Part shown: positions 41,395-54,779 of the stretch, piece after piece
How positions within the stretch are numbered: the first letter of the stretch is position 1
Layout: each line of letters opens with the position of its first letter
NCBI GenBank assembly: GCA_001600815.1
Contig: BCKZ01000034.1
Coordinates: 1-64,000 of the forward strand
Reading direction: 5' to 3'
From: Alloascoidea hylecoeti
Lineage: Eukaryota
Length of the DNA stretch: 64,000 bases
Notes under the pieces: generated by a model
Databases searched by the model: none
The model's input: the letters and a program-made list of their open reading frames with translations, nothing else
Told to the model about the DNA's origin: nothing
Made by a program: the position numbers and the translations under genes

Positions 41395-43026
41395 ATGCAT
41401 TCTGTATCAAAAACGGATCTCACCAATATATCAATATCTACAATACGAGAAGCAGACGCTAGTGGCGATCCTGAAACAGCATATCTCCTAGAACCATCGA
41501 ACTATGGTGATTTACCTCTATGTTCAGCTGCAGAAACTTGGAAATTACCTGTGGAAGCTTTAGAAGAAGATGTGTTACCTCAAGGGCGTCATTTGGGGCT
41601 ATTTTCAACAATTGTAATATTCATTGCAAGAATCGTCGGTTCTGGGATTTTTGCCACTCCAGGAAGCATGTTCAACGATGTTGGAGGATCACCTTGGCTA
41701 TTTTTGTTGTGTTGGCTAATCTCCGAGGTGTTAGCCTTTGCTGGGTTGTATATATTTCTAGAATTTGGAACATTAGTGAAGAGAAATGGAGGCACAAAGG
41801 TGTTCTTAGAATATATTTATAGTAATCAAAAGACATTAATCAGTATGGTATTTGGGGTATATTCTGTTCTATTTGGTGTTGTCATATCAAATTCACTAGT
41901 ATTTGGGAAATACTTATTATACGCATTTGATATAGATACAAACGATAGAAATGTCCGGCTGACAGCCTTTATCTTAACTTTGACAGTAACAATGTTTCAT
42001 GGATTTTATACGAAAGCTGGAATAATTGCTCAAAATATTATGGGTGGACTTAAACTTTTATTGTTAGCAATTATGATTATATGCGGTACATATGTGGTGT
42101 GCTTGCCTACCTCTATTACTGGTCTCGAAAAACATCTTTCTAAAGAGGTCTTTTTTAAGATGCCAGATTCAACAAATGTGACTCTTCTAGGTTCTGCCTT
42201 GTTGAAAGCAATTTTTTCCTGTAGTGGATGGAATTCAGTTCATACGATTCAAGGAGAAATAAAAGATCCTATTAGAACAATGAAAATATCTGGTCCTGTT
42301 TCATTAGCAGTAATCTTCCTAATGTACAATATTATAAACGTTGCTTACCTTGATGCTATACCACACGAGGATATTCGTCAAAGTGGAGAATTGGTAGGAA
42401 GTCTTCTCTTTGAAAAATTATTCGGGAAAATTTTAGGTAAGATGATTTTAACTTGTTCGATTGCCATTAGTGCTTGTGGAAATGTCTTTGTGGTTTCTTA
42501 TACGATTGCTAGGATGAATCAAGAAGTGTTTAGAGAGGATTTCTTACCCTTTTCCCGGATATTCGCATCAAACCGTCCTTTTGGCACACCCTTGCCAGCA
42601 CTTCTATTGTCCTTTGTATTGACGGCTAGTCTCCTCTTATTTTTACCATACGGCGACCTTTACAGCTATATTGTTAGTGTAGAAGGGGTTGTGGGCCAGT
42701 TTTTCGTTCTGCTGGTAGCAATTGGAATCTTCATTGTAAGGAAAAGGGATCCGGATGTGAGGGGACAAATTCGAGCATCTTTAACTGGGACAGGTTTAGT
42801 GATTATTGTCTCTTTTGTGATAATTCTTGTTCCTCTGATATTTCCAAAAGTTACGGTTCCAGGGCTTCTGCCTTATTCATATATGGGGCTGCTTATTCTC
42901 TTTGCAATAGCAGGTTTATGGTTTATCAGATTTATAGCTTTGCCTTGGATCGGAGGTTACGAGTTGTTACAACAAGAAGTTACACTAGAAGATGGGCTTA
43001 TTATATGGAAATGGATCAAAGTATAA
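41395..43026 (+). CDS. MUP3: APC/LAT-family amino acid permease, Mup3/Mup1-like methionine permease
   Basis: LPQGRHLGLFST..RIVGSGIFATP, GGTKVFLEY, GEIKDPIRT, multiple TM helices. Confidence 0.75.
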   Translation: MHSVSKTDLTNISISTIREADASGDPETAYLLEPSNYGDLPLCSAAETWKLPVEALEEDVLPQGRHLGLFSTIVIFIARIVGSGIFATPGSMFNDVGGSPWLFLLCWLISEVLAFAGLYIFLEFGTLVKRNGGTKVFLEYIYSNQKTLISMVFGVYSVLFGVVISNSLVFGKYLLYAFDIDTNDRNVRLTAFILTLTVTMFHGFYTKAGIIAQNIMGGLKLLLLAIMIICGTYVVCLPTSITGLEKHLSKEVFFKMPDSTNVTLLGSALLKAIFSCSGWNSVHTIQGEIKDPIRTMKISGPVSLAVIFLMYNIINVAYLDAIPHEDIRQSGELVGSLLFEKLFGKILGKMILTCSIAISACGNVFVVSYTIARMNQEVFREDFLPFSRIFASNRPFGTPLPALLLSFVLTASLLLFLPYGDLYSYIVSVEGVVGQFFVLLVAIGIFIVRKRDPDVRGQIRASLTGTGLVIIVSFVIILVPLIFPKVTVPGLLPYSYMGLLILFAIAGLWFIRFIALPWIGGYELLQQEVTLEDGLIIWKWIKV

Positions 43027-43130
43027 TTTTTTAATTACATGTATACGTAGTAGACTTTAGAAATATAGTGTTACAAGTACCTGTGATGAAATATACTTTT
43101 GTATAGTAAATGCCAGAATAACAACAAGAA

Positions 43131-43145
43131 ACGCGACTTTCGCGT
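43131..43145. promoter_or_regulatory. Inverted pair of MCB-like elements (ACGCGA-ctt-TCGCGT) upstream of SMC1
   Basis: Palindromic CGCG pair ~30 bp before the ATG; cohesin genes are typical MBF targets. Confidence 0.5.
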
Positions 43146-43176
43146 CACCTTCTCAAATTTAAACACCATATTTGAA

Positions 43177-46100
43177 ATGGGAAGACTCAACGGATTGGAA
43201 CTTTACAACTTCAAGTCCTATAGAGGGCTGAATACAGTTGGGTTTGGCACGTCATACTTCACCAGTATCGTTGGTCCTAATGGTACCGGAAAAAGTAACA
43301 TGATGGATGCTATTTCCTTCGTTCTAGGAATCAGAAGTAGCCATCTAAGGAGCGCACATCTAAGAGACCTTATATATCGTGGCAGAATTCTTAATGATGA
43401 AAGTGATGAACCAACACAGGCTGATCCTACAAGTGCCTATGTAATGGTGATCTATGAGTGTGACGATAAATCCTTATTACGTTTGAAAAGGAGGTATGTG
43501 ATGTGAAATCTTTATCCTATAAATCTGATTTTTATTAATTTATAAATTTTCTTCTAGTATTACAAACTCAGGGGGAAGTGAATATCGTATCAATGATAAA
43601 TTGGTAACAGCTCAAGAATATTCAGAGGTCTTGAGAAAAGAAAATATATTGATCAAGGCCCGAAACTTCTTAGTATTTCAAGGTGATGTTGAAGCAATTG
43701 CAAGTCAGTCAGCAGATGATTTAACAAAACTAATCGAACAGATCTCTGGATCCGTAGAATATAAGAAAGAGTATGACCAGTTGAAAGATGAGCTGGAAAA
43801 GGCTAGATCTGCTTCATCTTATGCTTTCTCAAAAAAGAAAAAATATGATGCCGAAAAAAACACCTATCGTGCACAAAGGGATATTGTTGAGAAATTTCAA
43901 CAGATTGTCAAACAACGAGTAAGAATTTTAAAGATAACAGGAATATGTGTATAATAGAAATACTAACAAGAATGATAACAGGCTGATCAAATCCAAATAT
44001 ATAATTTATGGAAATTGTATCATAGTGAAAAACGACGCGAACAATTAGAGCATCAACTTGATACACTTAAAAACAAGGTAAAACAAGACGAATCATTATT
44101 GAAACGTGAAGAAGCAACCCTTAAATCTGTTTCTTCAGAATATTCCAAAAATTCTTTGAAACTTCAAAAATCTACACGGATCATCAGGAAGAAGGAGAAA
44201 CAATTGGTTGAAAAGCAAAACAGCATTGTTCCTATCAATGAGAAGCTCTCGATTTTTACAAGTAAACAGAGACAGATGGAAAAGAAAAAAGAAGATATAA
44301 ACAAAGATATAGATAGACAAAAACAGTATTTATCGGATTACCAGCAGCAATTACAAATTGTTGAAAGATCTGCAAATAAGTATGAACAAGAACTAGTGAC
44401 ACCAGGTGTTGAACTATCTGCAGATAGTTTGGGAGAATATGAACGTCTCAAGGCGCAATTTAATCAATTAGCATCCACGGAAAGATCTGAGATGACAACC
44501 TTTCTAAAACAACAGAAAAGTGCCTTAGATAAGGTGAATTCTTTGAAGAGTAAGCTAGAGCAATCCCGCTCAAGAATTGCCGATTTGGAATTGTCTATAT
44601 CAGAATTGAAACAGCAAAAAGATGATATCACTCATAAACACAACCAGACCTTACAATTGATTGATGAGAAAAAGGAAAGTTTATCTAACATTCGTTCTGA
44701 TAAACAGCAAATTGCTACCAAGGAAAATGACTTGAATGAGAAATTAAAAGAATGTTTGAATTCGTTACTTGATTTGAATGCCAATCAACGTGAAAGTGAG
44801 CGTGATAGAAAACTTCGAGAAAATGTAGTCTCGATGAGGAGATTAATACCAGGGGTCAGAGGTCTTGTTCATGATCTTTGCAAACCGAAACAAAAAAAAT
44901 ATGAATTGGCAGTTTCGACTGTTCTTGGTAAGAATTTTGATGCAATCGTGGTTAATTCTGCAGCAACCGCACAAAAATGCATATCCTATCTTAAAGAGCA
45001 ACGTGCTGGGACAGCTTCTTTTATACCACTTGATACGATTACAGTGACTCCTTTAAACAATTCGTTGCGTAACATTGATCCTGGTACCAGGCCTGTGTTA
45101 GATGTTGTTGATTACGATCCTGCTAACGAAAGAGCCATTCACTATGCATGCGGATCGGCAATCGTATGTGATAATCTAGATATCGCCAAATACGTGCGAT
45201 GGGAGCGTAAGATAAGTGTAAAAGCAGTCGCGTTGGATGGGTCGTTGATTCACAAGGCTGGTTTAATGACTGGTGGTCAAGGAAAAAACTCCAATAAGAG
45301 ATGGGAACAGAGCAGTGTGCAAGGTTTGCGCAAACTTAAAGAAAAATTGATTGGAGATCTGAAAGATTTACAAAGTAAGAAAGTTTCTGATAATGAAGAA
45401 AATCAACTTCTTGAAGAATTATCTATTCTTGAAGACAAACTTCCTTATTTGAGAGAAGATTTACAGACAATAGAACAATCTATTAATGACAGACAACGAG
45501 AGTTGCAGTATCACACCAATCAGGTGAGAGTAGTTTCTACATCTTTGACACAAGAAGAATCTTCTTATACTTCCGTTACAAAACAGTTCGAAAAATCGAA
45601 AAGAAGTGTTGATGTCATTGAAGACCGTGTGTTTGGGGATTTTTGCAATAGAGTTGGCTTGGCCAATATCCGTGAATATGAATCCTCACATGGTAGTGTA
45701 CTTCGTGAAATAGCACAAGAACGGCTGAAATTTTCCAAACAGCGCTCTAAGTTAGAATCACAGATCAACTTTGAGAAAGAAAGACTTAATGATACCACTT
45801 CTCGAGCCGAAAATTTACAAAAGTTGATCGATCTCGATCATATTCAATTAGAACAATTACGAGCCGAGAAGGACGGACTTAATGAGGCAATTGATACACT
45901 TGAATCTGAAATTGAAGTTTTGACTGGCGAATTGGATGAAGAGAAACAAAAGTTGGTTTCCAAACAACAAAATATTGCTAGTATACAAGATTCTGTTAAT
46001 GCCTATCACAAAAAACGGGAGATGGCACAGCGTGATGCCAGTGCCATAGAGGAAGATATAGAGAAAGAAATTGCCGATAAATTTAATACTCTTCGGAATT

Positions 46101-46987
46101 GTAAGATAGATAACATCGAAATTCCAATGTCAAAAGGTTCTTTGGATGCGTTACCTGTCGGTGGAGCTGCTATAAGAACTATAGACGAAGAGGATAGTCA
46201 TGGTAGTGATCACCCAGTCGGTCTTCGCAGTTCCCAATCTTCAAATCTCAAAATAAACTACTCGTCGTTGTCAACAATATTAAAGAATGACACCTCAGAA
46301 GATCGTGATCATGATATGTTAGAAGAAATAAATCTATTAACTTCACAAATGGAAGAAATGACTCCAAATATGAAGGCATCAGATCGTTTGGTGGAGGCTG
46401 AAAATCGTATTAAAGGCCACGAGAAAGAATTTATGAAATTGAAGAAAAAGGAACAAAATGTTCAAGCGAGGTTCAAAGAAGTACGTGAGCAACGATTAGA
46501 AAAGTTCATGAGTGCTTATGACCATATTTCTAGTCAGATTGACCAGGTTTATAAAGACCTAACAAAAAACAAAGCCAACATCTACGGTGGTTCTGCTGAT
46601 TTGACGTTAGAAGATGAGGATGAGCCATATTTAAAAGGTGTCAAATTCCATGCTATGCCACCGATGAAACGTTTTAGAGATATGGAGTTACTATCGGGTG
46701 GAGAAAAAACAATGGCGGCATTGGCATTATTATTCTCTATTCATTCTTATAGACCATCCCCATTCTTTGTGTTGGATGAAGTAGATGCGGCACTAGACTA
46801 TGCTAACGTTAGTGAAATAGCCAATTATATTAAAGAGCATTCTGGTCCAGGATTCCAGTTTATCGTTATAAGCTTAAAGAATGGGCTGTTTGAGAAGTCG
46901 GAAGCTCTTGTTGGAATATATAGGGAGCAAACGGAAAATAGTTCTCGTGTGCTTACTATTGATTTAAGAAACTACCAGGAGGATTAA
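43177..46987 (+). CDS. SMC1: Cohesin subunit Smc1; exons 43177-43493, 43558-43918, 43982-46987
   Basis: NFKSY, GPNGTGKSN, NFLVFQGDVE, hinge, MPPMKRFRDMELLSGGEKT, LDEVDAALD; both introns restore the frame. Confidence 0.96.
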
Positions 46988-47072
46988 CATACATATTTAT
47001 ATAGCTAAGAAAAATTAATGAATTATGTACGTGTTTTTAATTAGCTTCGATATTCATAGCTAAGCATAATAT

Positions 47073-50000
47073 CTATAAAATTTCGATATCTGACCCCAAG
47101 AAATCAAGAAGTATATCTTGTCTAGGTGAATTTAAATTTTTGTGCTTCTCTATATTCATATCTTCCTGATCAAAAATGACACTAGTTTTGCTAGACTCGG
47201 GCAAATATTGCTTTGAAATCGAGTTGGTATTTTCGGTTCTAAAACTGTTAGACTCAAAATCATAATCAGCAACAGATAAAACTTTTCCATCAGGTATAGC
47301 TAATGTAGGGTTGGGATCTTCATCGATGTTAACAATGGTATGAACTACTTGGTTTGGAGAGTTGTCTTTATCCATAAGCTTCTTCGACCCCGAGTTCAAC
47401 GTATGAAAATACAGGCTTGCATCAAAGTCTAAGTTGCTAGAGAAAGAATCATGATCTTCGGTTTCCTGAACTATTTGGATGAAAAGTGGAGGATCTTCTT
47501 TGTTACCACTTCTGGAGATTTGGGGCGTAGAGTTTCGATGCTTAGAAGAAATAATGGATATATTCTGTGATTGCTCCTTCTCAATCGCTTCTTTTTCTTG
47601 AGAAAGCTCATCATCATCAATACTATTCGTGTTATTCTTTCCTTTTATATCTATATTAGGCACCGTAATTTTCTGTCTTCTAGAATTTTTGTTGGTGCCA
47701 GCAGTGCTTCTCTTATTGGGCCTTTCACTTCTAAAGAGTTATGTTTAATCTGATTAATGCCGAGGTCCAAATTTTCATTATTTTTATACTGATCATAATT
47801 AATAAATACCTTAAATTTCCTTTTCTTTTCTTTTTAACCTGAGCTTGAGGAGGGTTCAATGAGTCAACAATCTCCTCAAGAGCTGGATCATCAATCAGTA
47901 CTGCAAAAACATTAGCTTCTGAAACTGTATTATTCAAGTATCGATTTAACATACCATCGAAGTCATCAAGACTTTGTTGTCCACATGATACCTTCTTCTT
48001 ATGATTACCCTGAACAAGCAAGAGTGAAGCAATGTCACTATCTATTTCAGGTTTCAATGATACTTTTTGTCCTACTCCAGCTTGATTTATAATATTAGTA
48101 TGAATATTAGTTTGTTGACTATGATTATTAATTAAAAACTTGCCTAGTTCCTCGCAATGAATTTGACATTCGATAGATTGAATCTCTGCAGTTATTATTG
48201 ATGTAAAGCACAAATTTTTGGAAATTTCCAGCTTTGATAGCCTAAAAGGTATTCAAAAATTAATACAAATGACTGTTGATTATGAGATTCATACATACGG
48301 AGCTCTTCTAAAGTCTATTAACTCGCCTGTGGAAAGACCGCAAGCAACAACACAGGACGTATTCTGTTTGTGTTTTTTCAAATTCCCGACATTTTCACAA
48401 GACACTGAAATCTCAAAACTAACTTTTATATGCTTTTGGGGTTTTATAAACCGCTGACTGGTAATCCTTCCTTCAAGTTTCAATGAAGGCAAAGACATAA
48501 GACTCTCAAAAATTTTTGCTCCTCGTCCATGAGTGAGACCTAAATAGTATTCAATTTTTGAGACGTCTATATTCCTCAAATCACTAAAAGATAAGATATT
48601 GTGAGATGCAAATTTTCGTAAATATGCTAAGCCTACACCTGTAAGCTGTCGTAACACCATAGAAGAGTTTTCCCAACACCTGCCTGAGGTTGACCTATTA
48701 ATTTCCAAGCAATTTACTAGAGATATATAATCCTTTTTTTCAACAAAACAATCTATCATGCATCGTAAAATTCGTTGAAGTTGTTTGAACACAAAATATT
48801 TATCAGCATTAAACGCAGTGTAAAGTTTTGAAGCTCCTTCATAAGAAGGGAAATCTAATCCACCAAGTTCATACTATTGAAAAATAAACAAATTAGTTTA
48901 AAGGAGAAATGAACATGAAAATGAAAATGTTTGTACCTGTATTATGATACTGATCTTGTCTCTATCCGATTTAACATCTTGTTTTATAGGATATTTAATT
49001 GCCGAAGATTTATTAATTTGTTTAAATAATCTTCTCTCGTGTCTCTTCAACTTCACATTTCCAAATTCAGTAGCATCACCAATACTGAGCAACTATATTT
49101 TTGCAGCTGTTAATATCACACAACATCTCATGATCATAATATGAACCACAATATGTAATATTCATAACAATTACACTTACCAAGTCACCTATTGATAGTG
49201 CATTTTTCAATTGTATGATAGAGTTCATTGTTTGAAAAGAAATATAATATCTCGACATCGCTTCACCGTAAATCGTACTTATATATTTTCTATCGACTAA
49301 ATCAATAATTTTAGCTTCTAATAACTCTTTCATTTTTTTATCACAAAATTGCCTGATTAATGTATCCATATCAATATCTGAAGCATAGTTTAAACCATCT
49401 ACCTGATAAGCACTAGGATTGGTTCTGAACCTAGTGAAGAAAAAGGTTGACTTAAGCCAATCACTAGCTGTTTCAGACGAGTATATAGTTTTCAAAGATA
49501 TCTCTGCTGCCTTGTAATATACATAGTAAAGAACTGTGTGTGAGATTCCTAACAATTAGAGTATAATTTTTGCAATTCTTACCAAGTGATTGAGAAGGTT
49601 TTCATGTAAACTATAAAATGTATAACGTGTAAGAATGGATATTGTAGGTAGAACAACCAACTATAATATTTACCAACTCTCAAGCTTTTCTGTTCCCTTA
49701 ATCAATCTCTCATATAGATTCTTGTTTTCCAGCCTAGTGAGAATAACAGCTGTTCAATGGTTTGAGCTGTAAATATAATCTGGTATATGGTCCTAATATA
49801 ACAAATTTAATAAACATACCAATTCCTTCATTTTCAAATTGGGGTCTGTCAATAAAAATATAAAATTTAGATAGGGCAATTGCGTTGATAGTGATTATTA
49901 TATATTTAAAACATACCTTCCAGCTCTACCAATCATCTGGAGAATTTCCAATTCAGAATATTCTCTGAAAGCACCTTCGTTCCAAGTTCTTGTTCCTTTA

Positions 50001-51622
50001 ATTATTACAAGATATGCTGGAAGGTTGACACCAACAGACAAAGTAGAGGTTGAGCAAATAACTTTAGTAGATCCGTGAATGAAATTCTGTTCTACAGACT
50101 TCCTGTCTTCAAAAGTCAATCCAGCATGATGGAATGATACTCCGCTCTCCATTATAGAGAGTAAATCTTTTTGTTTTACAGATCCAATCAAAGGTTTTCT
50201 TTTCTGCCAAATCTCTAAACAGTTTTTAGCAATATGCTTTGCAGTTGAAATAGCAATATTCCGAGTTGGGCAAAATAGAATCACTGGTTTCCCCTTTGAA
50301 TATTTTTTCAGCACTTCTACCACCCTATGACAGCAAAGGTTAAATAGAGCATACATATAATGTTCATTTAGAAATAAATTTATATACTTTGAACTGAGAA
50401 ACACATCAAATTGAAAATCATTGTTATAGTTACTTTGATAGCCAAGCACATGCCGTTGGAGTTGAACGGATCTATATTCTTCTCCAAACACCTCGACCCA
50501 AGCTAAAAGATAAAAATAATTAGATGAAGACAATAAATAAAAGCTCGAATAATTGTATTTACCAGGGTGGTTTGAGGTTTGTGATCTACCAATCCATCTA
50601 GCGACATCTTCAATATTGGGAACAGTTGCTGATAAAGCAATAAACCTAATTTTAGAGCATATGGTTTTCATTCGTGCAACAACAACCTCTAAAGTTGCCC
50701 CTCTACGATCTCGTATCATATGTATTTCATCAATCTAATAGTTAACTAAAAAAGAAACAAAGAAAAAGACATGCACGGTAATTAACTTACCAAAAACAAT
50801 TTCACAAGATCGAACAGTCTACCGTAATCACGCCATCTTCTAGTGATAACATCTAATTTTTCTGGAGTTGTTATAATAATATCAGACTTTTTGACACGAT
50901 CAGCCTCACCTACTGTCGTATCACTAGTTAAAACCCCACAAGTTAGGTTGAGTGCCGAAAATCGTCGAGTCCAATCGTTGCACCTCTCCTCACATAATGC
51001 CTTTGTAGGAGCAAGATATAATGCTTTAAACCCACTGGACGGTTGTTTACTGACAAGCATAGATTGCCTTAAAATAGCAAGTTCAAATAGAACAGTTTTG
51101 CCTGAACCTGTCGGGGAGGATATTACATAGTTTTCATCGCTATTATAAATGCCATCAAAACATTTTGATTGCATGGCGTTGAAATGATTGAATTTGAAAA
51201 TGGACTGAAATTTATCAGGCAATAGACTCACCGAAGACTTTGTATTTATCAGGGTGTTATTAGTATTATCATTTGTCGCTTGTTTCGGATAGGATTTGGG
51301 CATTGACTTGTTGGATTTCTTGATAATGGGGACATGTGGAGGGATATTAGCACTAGAGGAATAAATCTCTGCAGCATTTTCACCTAATTCCGAGAGGTTA
51401 GTGGAATAAACTTAGGCATATAGACATGTACTATGGGTTTATACATTTTCTTGAGGTATATGTCATGTTTTGAGTTTTCGGACAGTATATTTCTGGAGTA
51501 TTACTATTTTGAAGAAAAGGTCTAGATCTGAATCTGGTGCTGATAATTGGTGTTTCTTCATCTTCATCGCTCCCAGATCCGGAAAGACATTTATCCAGGT
51601 ATCTCAGAGCATCAAACTCCAT
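47073..51622 (-). CDS. HFM1: Meiotic DExH helicase Mer3/Hfm1; ~13 exons
   Basis: FNAMQS, SPTGSGKT, APTKAL, TTPEK, IDEIH, LSATVPN, FHHAGL, GVNLPA, QMIGRAGRPQF, Sec63-like region. Inferred introns: 51384-51444, 50735-50790, 50503-50562, 50325-50387, 49846-49916, 49750-49819, 49611-49673, 49511-49582, 49093-49180, 48874-48936, 48242-48298, 47731-47809. Confidence 0.88.
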
Positions 51623-52225
51623 CGCAATTCACGATAACGATGATTTCTAACCAAAAAGAGAGTCAAATATGAGTCGTCACAATAACAAAGTTGTGGGTAA
51701 GGAGAAAAAGAGAAAAAGAGAAAAAGTAAATTTAAAAAAAATATGCGTACACTGTTACTAAGATTACCCGTGGCAGAGTAGACTGTAGCACTTATTCATT
51801 AACAGTAATTTATCGATAAATTATTAGATTTACAATAATGAACTCAATGTATTTGATAAATAGATTCTTAATTAAAAAAATGGAAATTAAACATGTTCAA
51901 AGAAATTATAGCGTTGTAACGTAACCATAAGATCTTATACTCATCATACAATGGCAAGGAACAACAGCGGTTTTGATCTGAATTCGAATCCATACAACCT
52001 ATAGCATCAATAAAAGACCGAATCTTGAGCAAATTGTAGGAAGTTTTGAAACATTGATAAGAGTATTTATTGGAATTTGGAAACAAAGTATCTAAATTTA
52101 TAGTATGGAAAAAGTAATTACATGGTACGTATATACGTTACGGAACTAAATATTCAATTCAAAATGAGACCGAAATGTGGAATATATGAACATTTTATAC
52201 TAAATGATTAACTATAGTTGATATA

Positions 52226-53133
52226 TTAGACAGTCTGGGTACCATAACCTTTAATATCTTTGGCAAATCTCCAACTCATCTCTTCGCACTTCACATTTTT
52301 ATCAAACCTAACACCTTGCGCAGTAATAGTTGCAACTGAATATTTGTCTAAACTTCTTGCATCACGGTAAAATAAAACTTTCATACATTCATCAACAACT
52401 TTACGAGCTTGTTCTTCAGTAACCTTAGATTCATCACCTTCATTAGGTACTAATTTTCGAAGCAATGGAACAGCAAGATAAGAACCAAAGCCAGTGGCCA
52501 AAGTCGGAGAAGAATAGGTGACACCAAGCATATCTACATACGATAAGAAAGGAGCTCCATCGACCACGCCACCAACGATACTAGCATTCCATAAAGGATT
52601 CATTTTAGAACGTCTGTTGTAAAGAACTGTTGAGAGGTATTTATAAATATTGTTGGCATGTAAGACCTGCCCATCATTTTCATAATCATTTTTAATGTCA
52701 AGATCTTCTAACAATCGTTGAATATATTGAAGATCAGAAATATCACCACTTAGTCCAACAACGGTTTTATCTCCAACAGCCAGCAATCTCTCCAAATTAT
52801 CAAATCGGGCGAGAGATCCATACGAACCTATAATTCAAATAAATTAGCAATTGCAACGAGCAGAGGGTGGCGACCCAATTATTATATTCAATTGAAAGAA
52901 AAGCAATAATCAAACATAGTCAATGGAAAGGTAGCACACATACCCAAGTTGTCGGCAGCTAGAATGACACCTTTATCAAACTTTATACCAATGACACTTG
53001 TACCAGTAATGATGGGTCTCTGTGTATGGTTTGTTGGAAATTTGGTTGTGGAAGGAGCATCAGCTATCTCGTGGGAGTATTCACCATAGACATCATCACG
53101 AGGACGGCCCCATTTATAAGGATTATGTTCCAT
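52226..53133 (-). CDS. PRE4: 20S proteasome beta-7 subunit; exons 53133-52944, 52827-52226
   Basis: TQRPIITGTSVIG..AADNL|GSYGSLARF, RRSKMNPLWN, LATGFG, VLFYRDARS, IKGYGTQ. Confidence 0.95.
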
Positions 53134-53362
53134 TGTTGTTTAAAATTGAAATAGTGGTGAAGGGAGACTAAAAAGAAGAGAAGCAGTCCAACTGAGTATA
53201 AATCTGTTGAAGCATCAAAAGAAGAGGTTGCAATTAGCTCTGATGATGACATTTACGCAAGGTGGTATGTTATTTACAGGCACACATTAACAATTAACAG
53301 TAATAATACTGGAACATGGAGTATATTTGATGATATATGGGGATATATGGAAATGTATATAA

Positions 53363-53730
53363 TTAGTAAAGAATCTCAGCAGCACCACTATTTATGTTTT
53401 CCATTTCACTCTGACTCAATGAAGTGTATCTGAATCTTTTGGGCAAGTCCAACGTGGAAAACAGCTCGCCCTCTGCCGCTGCAATTGGGGAGGAAGAGAC
53501 CGAACTCGAGCTCGAGGCTTTTTGGAAAAAAGAAGAGGGCAAAGTGTGGGATGGGTCTTGTGGATGGGGACGAGGGGTGTGGTCAATTTGGGCTATTTGA
53601 ACAAGGTTGGAACAAAGTTAGTGAGGTTCTGGTACAATTTTAAACGAAAGTTCATCATACTTGGAATTGATCTTTTCCCCAGGAACTTTATAAGAGGAAC
53701 CCTGGCTTGTCGGATCAAAGAAGGTCTCAT
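53363..53730 (-). CDS. YMR31: Kgd4/Ymr31 (MRPS36 family), 99 aa; exons 53730-53661, 53592-53363
   Basis: Spliced product MRPSLIRQARVPLIKFLGKRSIPTQIDHTPRPHP...GELFSTLDLPKRFRYTSLSQSEMENINSGAAEILY; intron GTATGA..CACTAAC..TAG. Not in the ORF track. Confidence 0.9.
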
Positions 53731-54779
53731 TGTTTAGTTTGGAAGAGAAAAAGCGAAAAGCGGAGGAAATTTGTGGAAATTTATAATTATGGATGGTTAG
53801 TTCCATCCGATCACCCCAACTCCTACAAGCGTGCCCTGCCAATCCACAAGCCGTGCTGCCCGGCCAATTATGGGCTTCTCACCCACAATGTCAAGATTCA
53901 GAGAGTTCTGAAGACGGATAACCCCTTGGCTGTTGTGTGCTGGTGACTGGAAGCGGAAGGAAAACATAGGTTGGGTCGTGGCAATTGCGGCCTTCGTGAG
54001 ATCTCCATCTGGTCTAGAAACTCCGGCCTCGGATCAGTTAGATAAATATTTATATCAGTTATAATTAATTCTACTCACAAGATTTCCAGAGAAAGATCCA
54101 AAGATTCAGAGTTGCTATTGTCATTTTCAAACGAATATGATATCGTTGATTCTTTGGTTTGCGAATCGCTATCAATATAAATAAGAGAAGTGGGATCTCC
54201 GCGACTTCGAGGATGGATTCTCACCACAGCATTATTTAAGGGATTTCTTTTGTATTGGTCACAATTACATGAACAACTGCAAGTCGATATAGAAGTACTC
54301 ATTTTCCAATTTGTTTATGATTTATTACGATGTCCATATTGGAAGTATTGCTATTTATATACTATTACCTACAAGGTAATAATTTGCTCATGAGCATTTT
54401 AAATCCCAATCTACAAACCTCACATAGAAATATCACATAGTTAACCCTGCGATCTACAATTATAAGTTTTTAAACATAGAGAATTATAACATTATAGCTA
54501 ATAGCTATAGCCTAGTCATATTCATATAATAGAAATAATTACGTATAATACCGTAATACCGGTGGGCCTATATCTTCGTTATCCAACCTTACACCAACCC
54601 ATTTTGTAACAAAACATCCATCAGGATCCGTTATCACAATTAGAAATTAGAACTTCACCAATTTCTTTCCATATCAGACTACTGATATTGATATTTCTGG
54701 GATTGTTCAAATCCATCATCTTACCGTATCAGCAGCTCATCTAATATCATATTCATTTTTGGCAATCTTTAGATTAAAT

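Noticed and set aside
43099..53133. Fragmented SMC1, MER3 and PRE4 ORFs as pseudogenes
   Set aside because: Every break is bridged by a GT..AG intron that restores the frame and conserved motifs.
54075..54393. Short ORFs between YMR31 and DGA1
   Set aside because: At most 75 aa, overlapping on both strands, with no motifs or convincing splice model.
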